From a virus: 43,892 bases of DNA. Below, in pieces: positions 33,933 through 43,591 of the stretch (positions are counted from its first letter, which is position 1; each line of letters begins with the position of its first letter). The position numbers and the translations under genes are program-made. The notes below the pieces were generated by a model. The model ran no database searches, had not been told where the DNA came from, and worked only from the letters and a program-made list of their open reading frames with translations. Where the stretch lies: UHGV virus genome UHGV-0392495; one strand, written 5' to 3'.

Positions 33933-34529
33933 TTATTTACCAATCCATCTGTTTCCGCAATCACGACAATAGTATTCATTATGCGCTTTCTTTTTTGTTC
34001 CGGTAAAAATCAAAGAGGCTCCAGCGGTAGCTATACCAAGTCCAATTTTTGCAGCAGATTTTTTCTCTTTTTTCTCCTCTTTTGTATTAAATACTGTTAG
34101 AGGATGCAAAGGATTCAAATTTACAGATGTTTTTTGTTTTATATGATAGTTGGCTTCGTTAGACCATAAGTCCACATTATGACTTTTACATTTAGGACAT
34201 TTTAAACCTGATTTATTTTCTTTAGGAGTTTGAGCAAAAGCCTGTTGTTGCTGTTCTGTTTCAACCATAGGCAAATCAGGGCAATTTTCGGATATATAGT
34301 CTACAGCTCGTAAAATAGGTTCGTTAGCTTTATATGCAAACTCAAACGTGGTTTTTTCATTAGTACGGCTTATAAAATTCATATAACCACATTTGATTTT
34401 GGTTGCAAAACAATATTCAATTTTTTTCATATTAGAATATTGCAGTGTTGTTTTAGAGCCAAAAAAGTTGAAAATATTTATTTCTTCTTTTCCGATAAAT
34501 AACTCTTTTGTAGTTCCTTTAATACTCAA
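33933..34529 (-). CDS. lysogeny-module protein with C-terminal zinc ribbons (CPKCKSHNV ... CRDCGNRW)
   Basis: 198 aa between int and ImmA; position typical of superinfection-exclusion/moron genes. Confidence 0.5.
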   Translation of the reverse strand: MSIKGTTKELFIGKEEINIFNFFGSKTTLQYSNMKKIEYCFATKIKCGYMNFISRTNEKTTFEFAYKANEPILRAVDYISENCPDLPMVETEQQQQAFAQTPKENKSGLKCPKCKSHNVDLWSNEANYHIKQKTSVNLNPLHPLTVFNTKEEKKEKKSAAKIGLGIATAGASLIFTGTKKKAHNEYYCRDCGNRWIGK

Positions 34530-34533
34530 AAAA

Positions 34534-34968
34534 TCAGTTCCTCCTTCCGATTATTTTAAAATCAAAAAGTTTTTCCCTATATCCCGTTAATCCAGCGAGT
34601 TGTTTTTTGTTCATTCCAGGATTTTCCAATATAGTTTTGTCAGGTATTAAAAGTTCAGCAGTAAAAATGTTTGCTTCTTGTTCGGGCTTAACCTTACTAA
34701 AAAAAGTTCCTCCAAAAAACATACACTCAGTACCTTTGTGTAGCACCCCATGACCTACTTCATGGGCTAAGACAATATCACTGTATTTGGTATCGGTAAT
34801 GCGTGAGTTGATGCATATACACGGTACTCCTTCGTATTCTATGTAGTAACCCGAGTATTTACCCAGGTCATGCTTTTGTACAATAAAACCTAAATATTCC
34901 GCAAGTTCCATAGGATTTCTGGTTCCGTACTTTTCAACCAGATTCAAGACAGTATCTTTAATCTCCAA
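34534..34968 (-). CDS. ImmA/IrrE-family metallopeptidase (anti-repressor protease)
   Basis: HEXXH motif LAHEVGHGVLH; 144 aa; immediately downstream of XRE repressor as in ImmR/ImmA pairs. Confidence 0.8.
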   Translation of the reverse strand: MEIKDTVLNLVEKYGTRNPMELAEYLGFIVQKHDLGKYSGYYIEYEGVPCICINSRITDTKYSDIVLAHEVGHGVLHKGTECMFFGGTFFSKVKPEQEANIFTAELLIPDKTILENPGMNKKQLAGLTGYREKLFDFKIIGRRN

Positions 34969-34971
34969 TTG

Positions 34972-35394
34972 CTACTCTCCAAAGCCTTCCTGCTTTTTCT
35001 TAATTTTAGCTGCCCTGCAAAGTGATAACAGCGAGTCTCTTAATAGTTTATCCTCGTCCTCATCCCCTGAGTAATCCTCTCCGTTAAATCTTAGGACAAC
35101 GGTTTCTTTGTTCCCTATACGCTTCATAATCTCGTCAACATCATTAATAACATTAAGCTCTTCGTTATTAGAAAGAGTGGGCTTCTTTGCTTCTGGGGTT
35201 TCCTCCTTCCCAGTCATTAGATAGTCAATAGTGACTCCAAAGTAATTTGCAATTATTCTTCCTATTTCTGGCCCCACAAGCGAATGCTTTTTTTTCCAAG
35301 TGTAAATTGTTGATTGGGATACGCCTGTGTCTTTACAGAATTTATAAGCCGTTATCCCAAACTTTTTCAGAAGTAGTTCAAAAACTTCGTACAT
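34972..35394 (-). CDS. XRE-family HTH repressor (cI/ImmR-like)
   Basis: N-terminal HTH ...AYKFCKDTGVSQSTIYTWKKKHSLVG..., acidic C-terminal domain; divergent from PR promoter. Confidence 0.8.
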   Translation of the reverse strand: MYEVFELLLKKFGITAYKFCKDTGVSQSTIYTWKKKHSLVGPEIGRIIANYFGVTIDYLMTGKEETPEAKKPTLSNNEELNVINDVDEIMKRIGNKETVVLRFNGEDYSGDEDEDKLLRDSLLSLCRAAKIKKKQEGFGE

Positions 35395-35449
35395 TGTTAC
35401 CCCTTTCTTTATATTTTAAAAATACATCGAAAAAACACGATAAAAAGTA

Positions 35450-35478
35450 TTGACTACCTCGGCCTATAGTGGTATAGT
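35450..35478 (+). promoter_or_regulatory. rightward early promoter (TTGACT-17 bp-TATAGT) embedded in operator half-site repeats
   Basis: TTGACT 35450-35455, TATAGT 35473-35478; palindrome GGTATAGTATACC 35471-35483; flanking CTATAG/TATACA half-sites. Confidence 0.6.
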
Positions 35479-35613
35479 ATACCTATACAGCGGTAGAACG
35501 ATGTAAAATCAATGCCATTGTATTGGTTTAGTGATGTACCTCGTCTGGTAAACAAAGTATATCACCAAACCGAAGTAAACGCAAGTATTATTTATAGAAA
35601 GGTGGGATTTTTT

Positions 35614-35799
35614 TTGCCAAAAATGTTTACGTGTGAAGAAGTGGCGTCTCGTTACGCTGTACAGGTCATTACTGTATGGGACTGGATTCGCAAAAAAAAG
35701 TTATCAGCAATCAAGATTGGTAGGGAGTACCGGATAAGTGAAGATGATATAAAAGCGTTTGAAGATTCTCGGCGCACTACCAACAGTATTTCAGAGTAG
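35614..35799 (+). CDS. Cro/Xis-like HTH_17 DNA-binding protein
   Basis: TTG 35614 six nt after GGTGGGA; CEEVASRYAVQVITVWDWIRKKKLSAIKIGREYRI resembles MerR/excisionase-type HTH. Confidence 0.55.
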   Translation: MPKMFTCEEVASRYAVQVITVWDWIRKKKLSAIKIGREYRISEDDIKAFEDSRRTTNSISE

Positions 35800-35807
35800 G
35801 AGGTTTA

Positions 35808-36551
35808 ATGGAAGAGATTATAAAAATCAATTACGATGCTGAACAGCCGACAGTATCGGCAAGAGATTTGCATGAGGGATTAGAGATTGGCACACGGTTT
35901 AATGATTGGTTTCCGAGGATGGTAGAGTATGGATTTTTAGAAGGAAAAGACTTTTACTCAAAAAAGAGTAAAACCTCAGAAATCGGCGGAAGACCATCAA
36001 TAGACTATGAAATCACTGTAGACATGGCAAAGCAGATTTGCATGATACAGCGTACCGAAAAGGGCAGACAGTACCGCCAGTATTTCCTTGACTTAGAGAA
36101 AGCATGGAACACACCGGAGCAGGTCATGGCAAGGGCGTTAAAAATGGCAGGAAAGACCATTGACAAACTAAAGTCACAAAACACTGTACTCCTGGAGGAC
36201 GTTCAGCGTATGAAACCGAAAGAAATATTCGCTGATGCTGTGGCAACTAGTCATACATCAATTCTTATTGGTGACTTGGCGAAGCTGATTAAACAAAACG
36301 GCGTAGACATCGGACAGAAAAGACTATTTTCTTGGTTGAGGGATAATGGCTATCTGATTAAACGGAATGGTTCTGAATGGAATATGCCAACACAACGAAG
36401 TATGGAGGCAGGATTGTTTGAGGTAAAGGAAAGTACAGTGAATAATCCTGATGGTTCCGTAAGAATAAACAAGACTACCAAAGTTACTGGAAAAGGGCAG
36501 CAGTATTTTATCAACAAGTTTTTAAGGAGGGAAAATGGAAGAAATCAGTAA
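35808..36551 (+). CDS. antirepressor (Ant N-terminal domain + KilA-C/ORF6C-like C-terminal domain)
   Basis: INYDAEQPTVSARDLHEGLEIGTRFNDWFPRMVEYGF resembles AntA/AntB N-terminal domain; size 247 aa. Confidence 0.65.
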   Translation: MEEIIKINYDAEQPTVSARDLHEGLEIGTRFNDWFPRMVEYGFLEGKDFYSKKSKTSEIGGRPSIDYEITVDMAKQICMIQRTEKGRQYRQYFLDLEKAWNTPEQVMARALKMAGKTIDKLKSQNTVLLEDVQRMKPKEIFADAVATSHTSILIGDLAKLIKQNGVDIGQKRLFSWLRDNGYLIKRNGSEWNMPTQRSMEAGLFEVKESTVNNPDGSVRINKTTKVTGKGQQYFINKFLRRENGRNQ

Positions 36552-36903
36552 AGTATTACAAAGTAATCCGGCACTATTAGACCTTTTTTCGACAGCTGTA
36601 ATCTGTGATGAAGAGCAAATAAAAACAGCAACAATTGTATTAAATAAGTTGAAAAGAAAAAATGATGTAGAACACATGAAAAATAGAGAAATCCTTCGCA
36701 AGCAGTTGGAACTACTTGCAAAGGAATCCAAAAGATGTATGCCGACTGAATTGGCTGATTTATCCAATTCTGCTGCTGAGATTTACGAAAAATTATCTAA
36801 TCCTCATCCATTCGGCATCGCGATTTTCCTGGGAGTATTGATAAATTTTTCTTTCGGTTTCTTTAAAAAGTTTATAAATCTCTTCCGGGGTCATGGAAGA
36901 TAA
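36535..36903 (+). CDS. hypothetical protein
   Basis: 122-aa ORF; 3' third is antisense to 36793-36981(-). Confidence 0.35.
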   Translation: MEEISKVLQSNPALLDLFSTAVICDEEQIKTATIVLNKLKRKNDVEHMKNREILRKQLELLAKESKRCMPTELADLSNSAAEIYEKLSNPHPFGIAIFLGVLINFSFGFFKKFINLFRGHGR

Positions 36904-36981
36904 ATCTTTGCTTTGTATGTATGCAAAAGAAACCGCTTCATATTCATTAGCAGGAAACGCTTTTAAATGAACATCTGACAT
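36793..36981 (-). CDS. small minus-strand protein (62 aa)
   Basis: ATG preceded by AAAGGGG on minus strand; MSDVHLKAFPANEYEAVSFAYIQSKDLSSMTPEEIYKLFKETERKIYQYSQ... Confidence 0.35.
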   Translation of the reverse strand: MSDVHLKAFPANEYEAVSFAYIQSKDLSSMTPEEIYKLFKETERKIYQYSQENRDAEWMRIR

Positions 36982-37075
36982 ATTTATCCCCTTTCTTATG
37001 TACTCGGCGCAGCAACGCCTGTAAATACAGTATAGAACAGGAGGACAAAAAAGACAATCAAGGAGAACATATAAA

Positions 37076-37804
37076 ATGAACGATTTAAAAATTTTTAACA
37101 ATGCCGAGTTCGGACAGATACGAACTATAGAGATTAAAGGAAAGATTTATTTTGTGGCAAGTGATGTGGCTAAGGCCCTTGGATATGCGAGACCAGCGGA
37201 TGCAGTTACCCAGCATTGCAGGTATACGGTAAAACACAGTATACCCCACCCACAGAACCCAGATAAGCGGATTGAGGTCAATGTTATCCCTGAGGGAGAC
37301 ATGTACCGTCTGATTACCCACAGCAAATTGGAATCAGCGGAACGATTTGAATCATGGGTATTTGATGAAGTGCTCCCATCCATCCGCAAGAATGGATATT
37401 ATGAAAATCCAAATATGTCCACAGAAATGAAAGCAATCCTGATGATTGACCAGAAACAGGTTAAGATGGAGCAGCGCATGGACAAACTAGAATTTGAAAT
37501 CCCTCTTTATGGTTCGGAAGCAGACGAGCTTTCCAATCACGTAAAGAGAAAAGGCGTATCAATTCTGGGAGGGAAAAAATCAGAAGCTTATAAAGACAGT
37601 AAAATAAGGGATAAAGTCTACAGAGATATTTATGGATGCATTAAAAGAGAGTTTGGTATCTATGACGATGAAGGACGTCCGGTGTCTTATAAAGCGTTAA
37701 AAAGAAAGTATCTTGCAGATGCACATGAACTTATTGATTGCTATGAAGTTCCTCTTTATCTGTTAGAAATTATTGAAAACGCAAACTCTCAGATTAGTTT
37801 GTAA
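37076..37804 (+). CDS. BRO-N domain antirepressor with ORF6C-like C-terminus
   Basis: N-terminus KIFNNAEFGQIRTIEIKGKIYFVASDVAKALGY is the Bro-N signature (established). Confidence 0.7.
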   Translation: MNDLKIFNNAEFGQIRTIEIKGKIYFVASDVAKALGYARPADAVTQHCRYTVKHSIPHPQNPDKRIEVNVIPEGDMYRLITHSKLESAERFESWVFDEVLPSIRKNGYYENPNMSTEMKAILMIDQKQVKMEQRMDKLEFEIPLYGSEADELSNHVKRKGVSILGGKKSEAYKDSKIRDKVYRDIYGCIKREFGIYDDEGRPVSYKALKRKYLADAHELIDCYEVPLYLLEIIENANSQISL

Positions 37805-37851
37805 GGAGGAATAAATTATTTTATTAGGAACTCAATTTTATAATGATTGCA

Positions 37852-37866
37852 TATCACTTAGTGATA
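37852..37866. promoter_or_regulatory. perfect 15-bp palindrome TATCACT-T-AGTGATA (operator candidate)
   Basis: seen directly in 278-bp intergenic region. Confidence 0.4.
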
Positions 37867-38082
37867 AATCGTTTGATGAACTTGTACATATGCAATCAGA
37901 GAAATATCCGTGGCTGGATTTCTTAATGAAGGAAGTCGCAGAAGCAAGGAAAGAAAATAAAAGTGGGGCTACCTGTCTCGAACACAGATAACCCCGGTAT
38001 CACACATTAACTAGACTAATGCGGATACAGGAATATTTTACCATTTTCTCCTGTATTACGCAAGCACAGGAGGAAAATATTT

Positions 38083-38349
38083 ATGAACATTGAAAACCAG
38101 AAGGACAAGCCAACATGGGAAGGGCTGGAGCAGTATTTTGCTGTAGAGGTAATCGAGCAGAGCAAGAGGAATGCAAAGCATTGGTTTATAGCGTTCCTGG
38201 TAACGCTGGCGGCGCTGATAGGTACCAATGCTGCATGGCTTTATACAGCCGGAACATATGACTATGTTTCCCAGGATGGCACTGGACTGAACAACATCAA
38301 TACAGGAACACAAGGAGACTTAGAGAATGGGACAGAGAGCCAGGATTAA
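38083..38349 (+). CDS. membrane protein
   Basis: RBS AGGAGG; TM segment HWFIAFLVTLAALIGTNAAWLY. Confidence 0.4.
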   Translation: MNIENQKDKPTWEGLEQYFAVEVIEQSKRNAKHWFIAFLVTLAALIGTNAAWLYTAGTYDYVSQDGTGLNNINTGTQGDLENGTESQD

Positions 38350-38400
38350 GAAGAACGGCAAGAGCCGGGGAATCAAGAGAAAGAGGAGGAGGTAGCGAAA

Positions 38401-38517
38401 ATGATACAGGTATTTTTGCTTGGTGCAGTTGTTGGCGGAGTAGTCGGAGCCATCAGTATTATATCTGCATTGATATATTTTTCTGATAAGCAGAAGGGGG
38501 ATAAGGATGAAATCTAA
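38401..38517 (+). CDS. small TM peptide (38 aa)
   Basis: hand-translated; GAGGAGG upstream; MIQVFLLGAVVGGVVGAISIISALIYF... Confidence 0.3.
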   Translation: MIQVFLLGAVVGGVVGAISIISALIYFSDKQKGDKDEI

Positions 38518-38734
38518 GAAGCCGTCAGAATGGCAAAAGGACAGCATCCGGCTACTGATAGAAGAAGCCAAAATAAGAAATAACTTTGATGATAATGAGC
38601 TGGCCTTGTATTTGGGTTTTTGTACAAGCTCGTTTAGAGAGCGTAAAGCCAACCCTCAAAAACTGACAATAGAAAAATTGCAGATACTTCTGCAATTGAC
38701 CGGGAAGGAGATGAAATTTGTTGAAACAGCTTGA
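38507..38734 (+). CDS. hypothetical protein
   Basis: 75-aa ORF. Confidence 0.4.
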   Translation: MKSKKPSEWQKDSIRLLIEEAKIRNNFDDNELALYLGFCTSSFRERKANPQKLTIEKLQILLQLTGKEMKFVETA

Positions 38735-39026
38735 ATACATACCTGTTGGTAAAGCCCACTTAAGCCCGCGGCAGAAAGACCGTATGATTATACGCGGTTT
38801 AACCGCTGCGGTGATGGTCTTAAGCGGATTACTGGTGATATGCGTGGCGGTGATATTATGAGCCGCCGCCGGAATGGCACCAACCGGGCCGGGGCAATGA
38901 TAAATGCCAGTCGGTACACCGGATATGGTAAGCCAATAAAAAAGGTCGTCAGCTTGACAGAGCTAAACGACCGGATACAAAAAATAACTCAGTCTGATTA
39001 TATCAGAGATTATGGAGGTTTGCAAG

Positions 39027-39209
39027 ATGGAAGAAAGAACAGTTGAAATTACGGCCAATGAATATAGAAAGCTTATTGAGCTTGAAGGTCGGGTAAATGC
39101 AGCTTTGGTTTTTTTGGATACAGATGAATATGCCCAGCGTAATGTGTTGGTCGGTATTTTGAGAGGCGTACCGGTTAAAGTTCCTAAGGATAAAACGCAT
39201 GATGAATAA
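39027..39209 (+). CDS. hypothetical protein
   Basis: ATG 39027 after GGAGG within track ORF 39012-39209. Confidence 0.35.
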   Translation: MEERTVEITANEYRKLIELEGRVNAALVFLDTDEYAQRNVLVGILRGVPVKVPKDKTHDE

Positions 39210-39476
39210 TTCAAAATGTGATTCTTGCGGATGTTTTCTTGACCCAGAACATTGGAAAGAATGTGATAAATGCAGGGGGAAGGACAGAGAACGTCATAAA
39301 CAGCATTATAAGGAGATTATAAAACATGAATCTGGAACACAAGACGATTGACGGTACTGCAATGGTATCTTATCTCCGGGATAGACAGTCACTCTTGCCT
39401 ATTGGAAGTGTTGCAAGAAAGGAACTTGAAATGGCTGTCATCTATATAGTTGGAACGCTCATGAAGGAGGAAAAAG

Positions 39477-40151
39477 ATGGGGAATCTTGATTTATACGAA
39501 AAGGTCCGTTCTGTTCCAGATAGCGCCAAGAAAACCATTAAGGGAGGTCGTACCATCGGTATGACCGATATTAACCCCATGTGGCGCATAAAAGTCCTTA
39601 CTGAGCAGTTCGGGCCATGTGGGATAGGATGGTACTACATTACAACGCGGAAGTGGTTGGAAACATCGGGTAATGAGATTGCGGCTTTTGTAGATATCGA
39701 ATTATACATAAAGGTTGACGGAGAGTGGTCTAAACCAATCCCAGGAAACGGCGGGAGTATGTTTGCTCAAAAGGAGAAGTCTGGAATATATGTATCTGAC
39801 GAATGTTACAAGATGGCAACCACAGATGCTATATCGGTAGCGTGTAAGCAGCTCGGAATTGGCGCGGATGTGTACTGGGATTCAGACCGAACTAAATACA
39901 ATAAGCAGCATAATCCTGATTTGATTACTGAATCCGATATCAATGAAATATTTTTGGAACTGAAACGGACGGGAATAGGGATTAAGAATGTGCTATCAAA
40001 GTATGGACTGACTGATATCCATGATATGACTAATTCCCAGGCAAATGAAACAATTAAAAAACTGAAAGAGAATCCAAATAAAGAGTTAGTTATGCAGCCA
40101 CCGAATGATATGCAGGATAGTGAACTACCATGGAATGACCCAAAGAGGTGA
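39477..40151 (+). CDS. Rad52/Sak-like single-strand annealing protein
   Basis: GGRTIGMTDINPMWRIKVLTEQFGPCGIGW matches Rad52-family N-terminal pattern (...Y.D.R.V.DRL.EVFGP.GW). Confidence 0.6.
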   Translation: MGNLDLYEKVRSVPDSAKKTIKGGRTIGMTDINPMWRIKVLTEQFGPCGIGWYYITTRKWLETSGNEIAAFVDIELYIKVDGEWSKPIPGNGGSMFAQKEKSGIYVSDECYKMATTDAISVACKQLGIGADVYWDSDRTKYNKQHNPDLITESDINEIFLELKRTGIGIKNVLSKYGLTDIHDMTNSQANETIKKLKENPNKELVMQPPNDMQDSELPWNDPKR

Positions 40152-40155
40152 TTAT

Positions 40156-40782
40156 ATGCATGAGGCAGCAGACATAATAGCATACAAGCTTGTTCCAGAG
40201 GGAACGTATCTAAAGATATTTATTACTGGAAAAAATCTTATGGAACCAATCGTTGATAAGCACATGAATAGATGCAGTGTATGGCTTGACGATGGTAGAC
40301 ATATAAGTGCAGACCAGCGCAGGAAGATTTATGCCACAGTTAATGACATCTCCGCCTATTCCGGGAACGTGCCGGAGGTTGAGAAAGAATGGCTTAAGTA
40401 TTTACACATCAACCGGACCGGATGCGGATATTTTTCACTGTCTGATTGCTCTATGGATACTGCCAGGGAATTTATCAATACTATGTTGGATTATGCGCTG
40501 GAGCAGGGAATACCGTTGTTGGATTTCGCTCTTAACCGTACCGATGATATAGGACATTACCTGTATGCGTGTTTAAAGCTTCGTAAGTGTGCTATATGCG
40601 GTCGAGATGGAGAGATACACCATGTAGATACTATCGGCATGGGTAATGACCGGAGGAAGGTTGATGATTCGGAGTACCGGAAAATATGCTTATGCCGGCA
40701 GCACCATACAGAAGCGCATAGCATTGGTATGACAGCGTTTGAGGACAGATATAAGGTGTACGGAATCAAGTTTGATAACTGA
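40156..40782 (+). CDS. HNH-motif protein (DUF968-like) downstream of SSAP
   Basis: CAICGRDGEIHHV ... CLCRQHHTEAH (HNH-type zinc/His motif); common SSAP partner. Confidence 0.55.
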   Translation: MHEAADIIAYKLVPEGTYLKIFITGKNLMEPIVDKHMNRCSVWLDDGRHISADQRRKIYATVNDISAYSGNVPEVEKEWLKYLHINRTGCGYFSLSDCSMDTAREFINTMLDYALEQGIPLLDFALNRTDDIGHYLYACLKLRKCAICGRDGEIHHVDTIGMGNDRRKVDDSEYRKICLCRQHHTEAHSIGMTAFEDRYKVYGIKFDN

Positions 40783-40814
40783 TATATTGAGAAGAAAAGG
40801 ATGGAAAAAAACAT

Positions 40815-41000
40815 ATGGCAACTATTTTAGATGCATTTGCAAAAGAGGATAGAGTGGAAGTGACTTTTTCGGATTTTTATAGAATCATGCGAGAGAGCAC
40901 AAAATCAGAACTAGTGATGAATGCAATAAACTGTAACGTGCCTCATCGATACATACGAGAGATGGTCACTGGTAAGTCTGAGGCCCCAGGGCAGTCTTAA
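40815..41000 (+). CDS. hypothetical protein
   Basis: 61-aa ORF. Confidence 0.35.
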   Translation: MATILDAFAKEDRVEVTFSDFYRIMRESTKSELVMNAINCNVPHRYIREMVTGKSEAPGQS

Positions 41001-41157
41001 AGTTAATACTGATATTTTGGTATCTATTCCCCTTGCGGGATGATACACACAACGGAAATGAGTACTGGTCAGAATGCTGATATGTCATGATATACTTTCT
41101 GACCCTGGGCCGGGACCTATCAAACCTCCTTTACCCGGCCCGAAAGGAGGGATTGAA

Positions 41158-41529
41158 TTGAGGAAACGCACGAAGAATTTTGCAATCATACAATGTGCCG
41201 TATATAATACCCTGAAAATCGGGAAGGAAAATGCCATGAGCAGGGATGAGCTTATATTGGCAACAGGCTATACAGATAGACGTATCCGGGAAGCAATAGA
41301 AGCGCTACGCCATATCAGGCCCATTCTGAATCTAGATGATGGTGACGGATATTACATACCGGATACAACCCCTCAAGGCCGGCAGGAAGCCGCTTTATGG
41401 TTATCCAGGCAGGATAGAAGGATACAGAGCATGAAGGATGCCACAACGGGTGCAAGGCGCTTCTTGAGTAAAAAGAAAAGTAAGGATGTCCCAGGACAAA
41501 TGAGCATGTTTGGGGCGGGGGTGATGTAG
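41158..41529 (+). CDS. winged-helix DNA-binding protein
   Basis: TTG 41158 seven nt after AAAGGAGGG; MSRDELILATGYTDRRIREAIEALRH wHTH-like. Confidence 0.4.
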   Translation: MRKRTKNFAIIQCAVYNTLKIGKENAMSRDELILATGYTDRRIREAIEALRHIRPILNLDDGDGYYIPDTTPQGRQEAALWLSRQDRRIQSMKDATTGARRFLSKKKSKDVPGQMSMFGAGVM

Positions 41530-41892
41530 ATGGGGAAATCGCAGCGTGAAAAAGGGAAGCGCGGAGAACGGGAACTTTCCAATCTCCTTAAGGACCATGG
41601 ATACAACTGCCGTAGGGGCCAGCAGTATTGTGGCACCAACGGGGATGCGGATGTGGTGGGACTTCCAGGCATACATATCGAGTGCAAGAGGGTAGAGCGC
41701 CTTAACCTTGAGGATGCCATGACACAGGCCATAGATGATACAGCGGCAGAGAAATTACCATTCGGCGAGGAAATATACCCTGCAGTGTTCCACCGCCGCA
41801 ATCGTGGCTCCTGGTTGGTTACAATGCGCCTGGATGACTGGATGAACCTGTATCGAGAATGGGGTTCTGGTAGACAGTTGGATGGTGGTTGA
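41530..41892 (+). CDS. Holliday-junction resolvase-like PD-(D/E)xK nuclease
   Basis: KGKRGERELSNLLKDHGY...GDADVV...IECKRVE pattern of Hjc/RecU-like phage resolvases. Confidence 0.5.
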   Translation: MGKSQREKGKRGERELSNLLKDHGYNCRRGQQYCGTNGDADVVGLPGIHIECKRVERLNLEDAMTQAIDDTAAEKLPFGEEIYPAVFHRRNRGSWLVTMRLDDWMNLYREWGSGRQLDGG

Positions 41893-42640
41893 TATGAGGG
41901 AGAGCGTAGTATTTTACAGAAGTTTTTATGAAGCTGTCAAGGAACTCCCGCCAGAACAGTTCAAAGCTGCGGTAACTGCGATTATGGAGTATGGTCTGAA
42001 TGAGAAAGAACCGGAAACAAGTGGGATTGAACGGACGATATTCCTCCTCACCAAACCCCAGATTGATGCCAATAACCGCAAATACCTAAATGGTACCAAG
42101 GGAGGCAGACCTAAAACCTCGCAGGAACCTATCAATAACCAAACCGGAACCAAAAGTAAACCTACAAATAACCAAACCGAAACCAAACCAGAACCCAAGG
42201 TAAAGGATAAGGTAAAGGATAAGGTAAAGGATAAGGTAAAGGTAAAGGATAATGATAATACATTTTGCCCGGAGCCGGATAAATCCGCTCCAGGCAGCCC
42301 GGTGGCAATATCCTTTATGCTAAATGATAAATCCATGTATGATGTGACGGAGAATGACGTGGACATGTTCCAGAAGCTCTATCCGGCCATTGATGTCATG
42401 CAGGAGATGCGTAAGGTTGTGGGGTGGTGTGAGAGCAATCCGAAGAACCGAAAGACCAGAAGCGGGGCAAAGCGGTTCCTGAACGGATGGCTGTCAAGGG
42501 CGCAGGACAGGGCAAGACCATCCCAAATACCAGTAAAGCAAAACAATAATAAATTCCACAATTTTGACCAGCGTGATACAGATTATGATGCCATTGCCAT
42601 GCAGAAAACGCAGGAATGGCTACAAGGAGGAGATGATTGA
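41882..42640 (+). CDS. putative replication initiation/organiser protein (DUF4373-like N-terminus) with KDKV tandem-repeat linker
   Basis: N-terminus VVFYRSFYEAVKELPPEQFKAAVTAIMEYGL...GGRPKT; internal (KVKD)n. Confidence 0.5.
   Translation: MVVDMRESVVFYRSFYEAVKELPPEQFKAAVTAIMEYGLNEKEPETSGIERTIFLLTKPQIDANNRKYLNGTKGGRPKTSQEPINNQTGTKSKPTNNQTETKPEPKVKDKVKDKVKDKVKVKDNDNTFCPEPDKSAPGSPVAISFMLNDKSMYDVTENDVDMFQKLYPAIDVMQEMRKVVGWCESNPKNRKTRSGAKRFLNGWLSRAQDRARPSQIPVKQNNNKFHNFDQRDTDYDAIAMQKTQEWLQGGDD
42199..42250 (+). repeat. tandem 12-bp repeat GGTAAAGGATAA x3 plus partial, encoding KVKDKVKDKVKDKVKVKD
   Basis: seen directly. Confidence 0.8.
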
Positions 42641-43191
42641 TTATGGGAAAACCGGATGGAAGGAGCGCACTGTTTTTGGAAATGGATGCCAAGTTCCGGG
42701 CAATCCAGAATAACCAGGAGCGTATTATTAAGCTTCTGGAAGGAGGGGATGAGAAGCCGAAAAAAGAGGAAACCATAACGGAAACCTACGCCTGGAAGCT
42801 TGAGATGCGACGCCGGATGGCCCAGGAGGCAGAGATAGGAAAGACACGTCAGGAAATCATACAGCCGCTTATTGTGGCAAGGGGCGATAAGTCGAACTTT
42901 GGGTGTAATACATACACCACAGTTGCTGCCAGGATGCGGAAGAACAGGATAGATTTCCAGGCATATGCAGATGGATACCGGAAGGAAAAAGGCATTAAGC
43001 GGAAGGTGACCAACGGGGAGCTGATTGATAATATCCCGGCCCTCAAACGGGAATTTGCAAAGGCCGTGGGGGAACTGCTGGCAGAGCAGCCACACACCAA
43101 GAATGCCCATTTAGAGGAGAACGGGAATGAGTTGTTTAAAGTGTTCACACCTGGACCGGAGCCGGAAAAGCCAGGTAGGAGAGTGCTATAG
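42637..43191 (+). CDS. hypothetical replication-module protein
   Basis: 184 aa; start TTG 42637 or ATG 42643 after AAGGAGGAG. Confidence 0.4.
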   Translation: MIMGKPDGRSALFLEMDAKFRAIQNNQERIIKLLEGGDEKPKKEETITETYAWKLEMRRRMAQEAEIGKTRQEIIQPLIVARGDKSNFGCNTYTTVAARMRKNRIDFQAYADGYRKEKGIKRKVTNGELIDNIPALKREFAKAVGELLAEQPHTKNAHLEENGNELFKVFTPGPEPEKPGRRVL

Positions 43192-43360
43192 ATATGGCTG
43201 CACGGCATCCCTGGACGGATACATGAGTACCTGGATCAATGGGGACAACCTGCTGGACACAATCAGCTGTGATGTGGACCGTAAGGGAGGTCAGGAACAG
43301 CAGATGAGTATATTTGACTTTATCAAGTAAGGCCCACATTTTTGCAGAGGAGGCAGAGGG

Positions 43361-43591
43361 ATGATACAGGTTGACGGACAATGGGAGAACATCCAGACAT
43401 GGGAAGACTGCAAGAGAATCATGTCGGATAAGATAGGACCGGAGTTTGCAGCTGAAGCAGATAAACTGTTTGGAGAGCGGAAAATAACGAAGGATAACTT
43501 AGAATCAGTAATATCAGATTTCAAGGGAGCAATCTATGATCTGGACAGCGCGCTGTATACCTTAAGAGAGATAAGAGATGGTATGGACTAA
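43361..43591 (+). CDS. hypothetical protein
   Basis: 76 aa; GAGGAGG upstream. Confidence 0.4.
   Translation: MIQVDGQWENIQTWEDCKRIMSDKIGPEFAAEADKLFGERKITKDNLESVISDFKGAIYDLDSALYTLREIRDGMD

Noticed and set aside
33897-33937. Possible terminator hairpin CCGGTTCCTG...CAGGGGCCGG + T-tract upstream of int
   Set aside because: Stem imperfect and the T-tract is on the + strand, where no upstream + gene is evident; may instead be part of int promoter/att architecture
40307-40552. Alternative-frame ORF inside the DUF968/HNH gene
   Set aside because: Embedded in a gene with clear HNH motifs in the main frame
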